Source: Laetmonice hystrix (taxonomy: Eukaryota). Taken from it: DNA of 64,000 bases. The position numbers were made by a program, and so were the translations under genes. Below, piece by piece: positions 63,689-64,000 of the stretch (position 1 is the stretch's first letter; every line of letters starts with the position of its first letter). The notes under the pieces are model-generated. The model saw nothing but the letters and a program-made list of their open reading frames with translations. It did not search any database and was not told where the DNA came from. The stretch lies in NCBI GenBank assembly GCA_965235115.1, contig OZ249440.1:12090001-12154000 (forward strand). Reading direction: 5' to 3'.

Positions 63689-63894
63689 CTGTGACCTGCT
63701 GGTGGAGTGATAGTTCCCGATGAGAACGATAACCGATATCTTTCAGATACCCCTCCATCTCGGTATCAGTGCTTGACTCGGTGACATCTTCACTCCATGT
63801 ATCTTGGAATGATGAGGCTTGGGCTGACTGCCTCAATACACGGCGCTGTGCTTTCACATTATGTAGCTGTTCTTTCAATTGTCTCTGCTCCCTC
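63689..63894 (-). CDS. FBXO41: FBXO41 internal exon (coiled-coil / Ser-rich segment REQRQLKEQLHNVKAQRR...HQQVT)
   Basis: Open frame bounded by attgtgtAG and GTAATC. Its phase-1 end joins the F-box exon in frame. Sequence homology is weaker here. Confidence 0.75.
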
Positions 63895-64000
63895 CTACAC
63901 AATAATGATTACACATGGATACTAATATCATGTACCGTTTTCCACAATTTTCACTTCAACAGGTCAGTAGGCCTACCGGTAAAAAACTGAACACGCATAT

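Overview
Eukaryotic (invertebrate bilaterian, probably deuterostome) genomic DNA; there are no prokaryotic features, CRISPR arrays, rRNA or tRNA genes that I can support. Three spliced protein-coding genes lie in tandem on the minus strand. (1) The 5' part of a LIM-domain-binding protein gene (LDB1/LDB2/Chip family) has exons at 37170-~37570, 20371-20502 and 957-1059, separated by 16.7-kb and 19.3-kb introns, and continues beyond base 1. (2) A complete 8-exon DENND10 (FAM45A) gene spans 55334-58934 (353 aa) and includes one apparent GC-AG intron. (3) The 3' ten exons of FBXO41 span 60230-63894, and the gene starts beyond the window. The LDB introns and upstream region hold several minisatellites (82, 103, 49, 44 and 69 bp units), a SINE-like element, MITE-like elements, a ~1.8-kb element with degenerate terminal inverted repeats, a near-perfect 136-bp palindrome, several GC-rich promoter-like islands and many RFX X-box and CTCF-like motifs. 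The most notable observations are: one LDB gene seems to encode both the LDB1-type and the LDB2-type N-terminus through alternative first exons and an internal splice acceptor; and the FBXO41-DENND10-LDB order joins genes now split across vertebrate paralogous regions. Gene identities come from my recollection of the vertebrate protein sequences plus splice-phase consistency; no database search was run.
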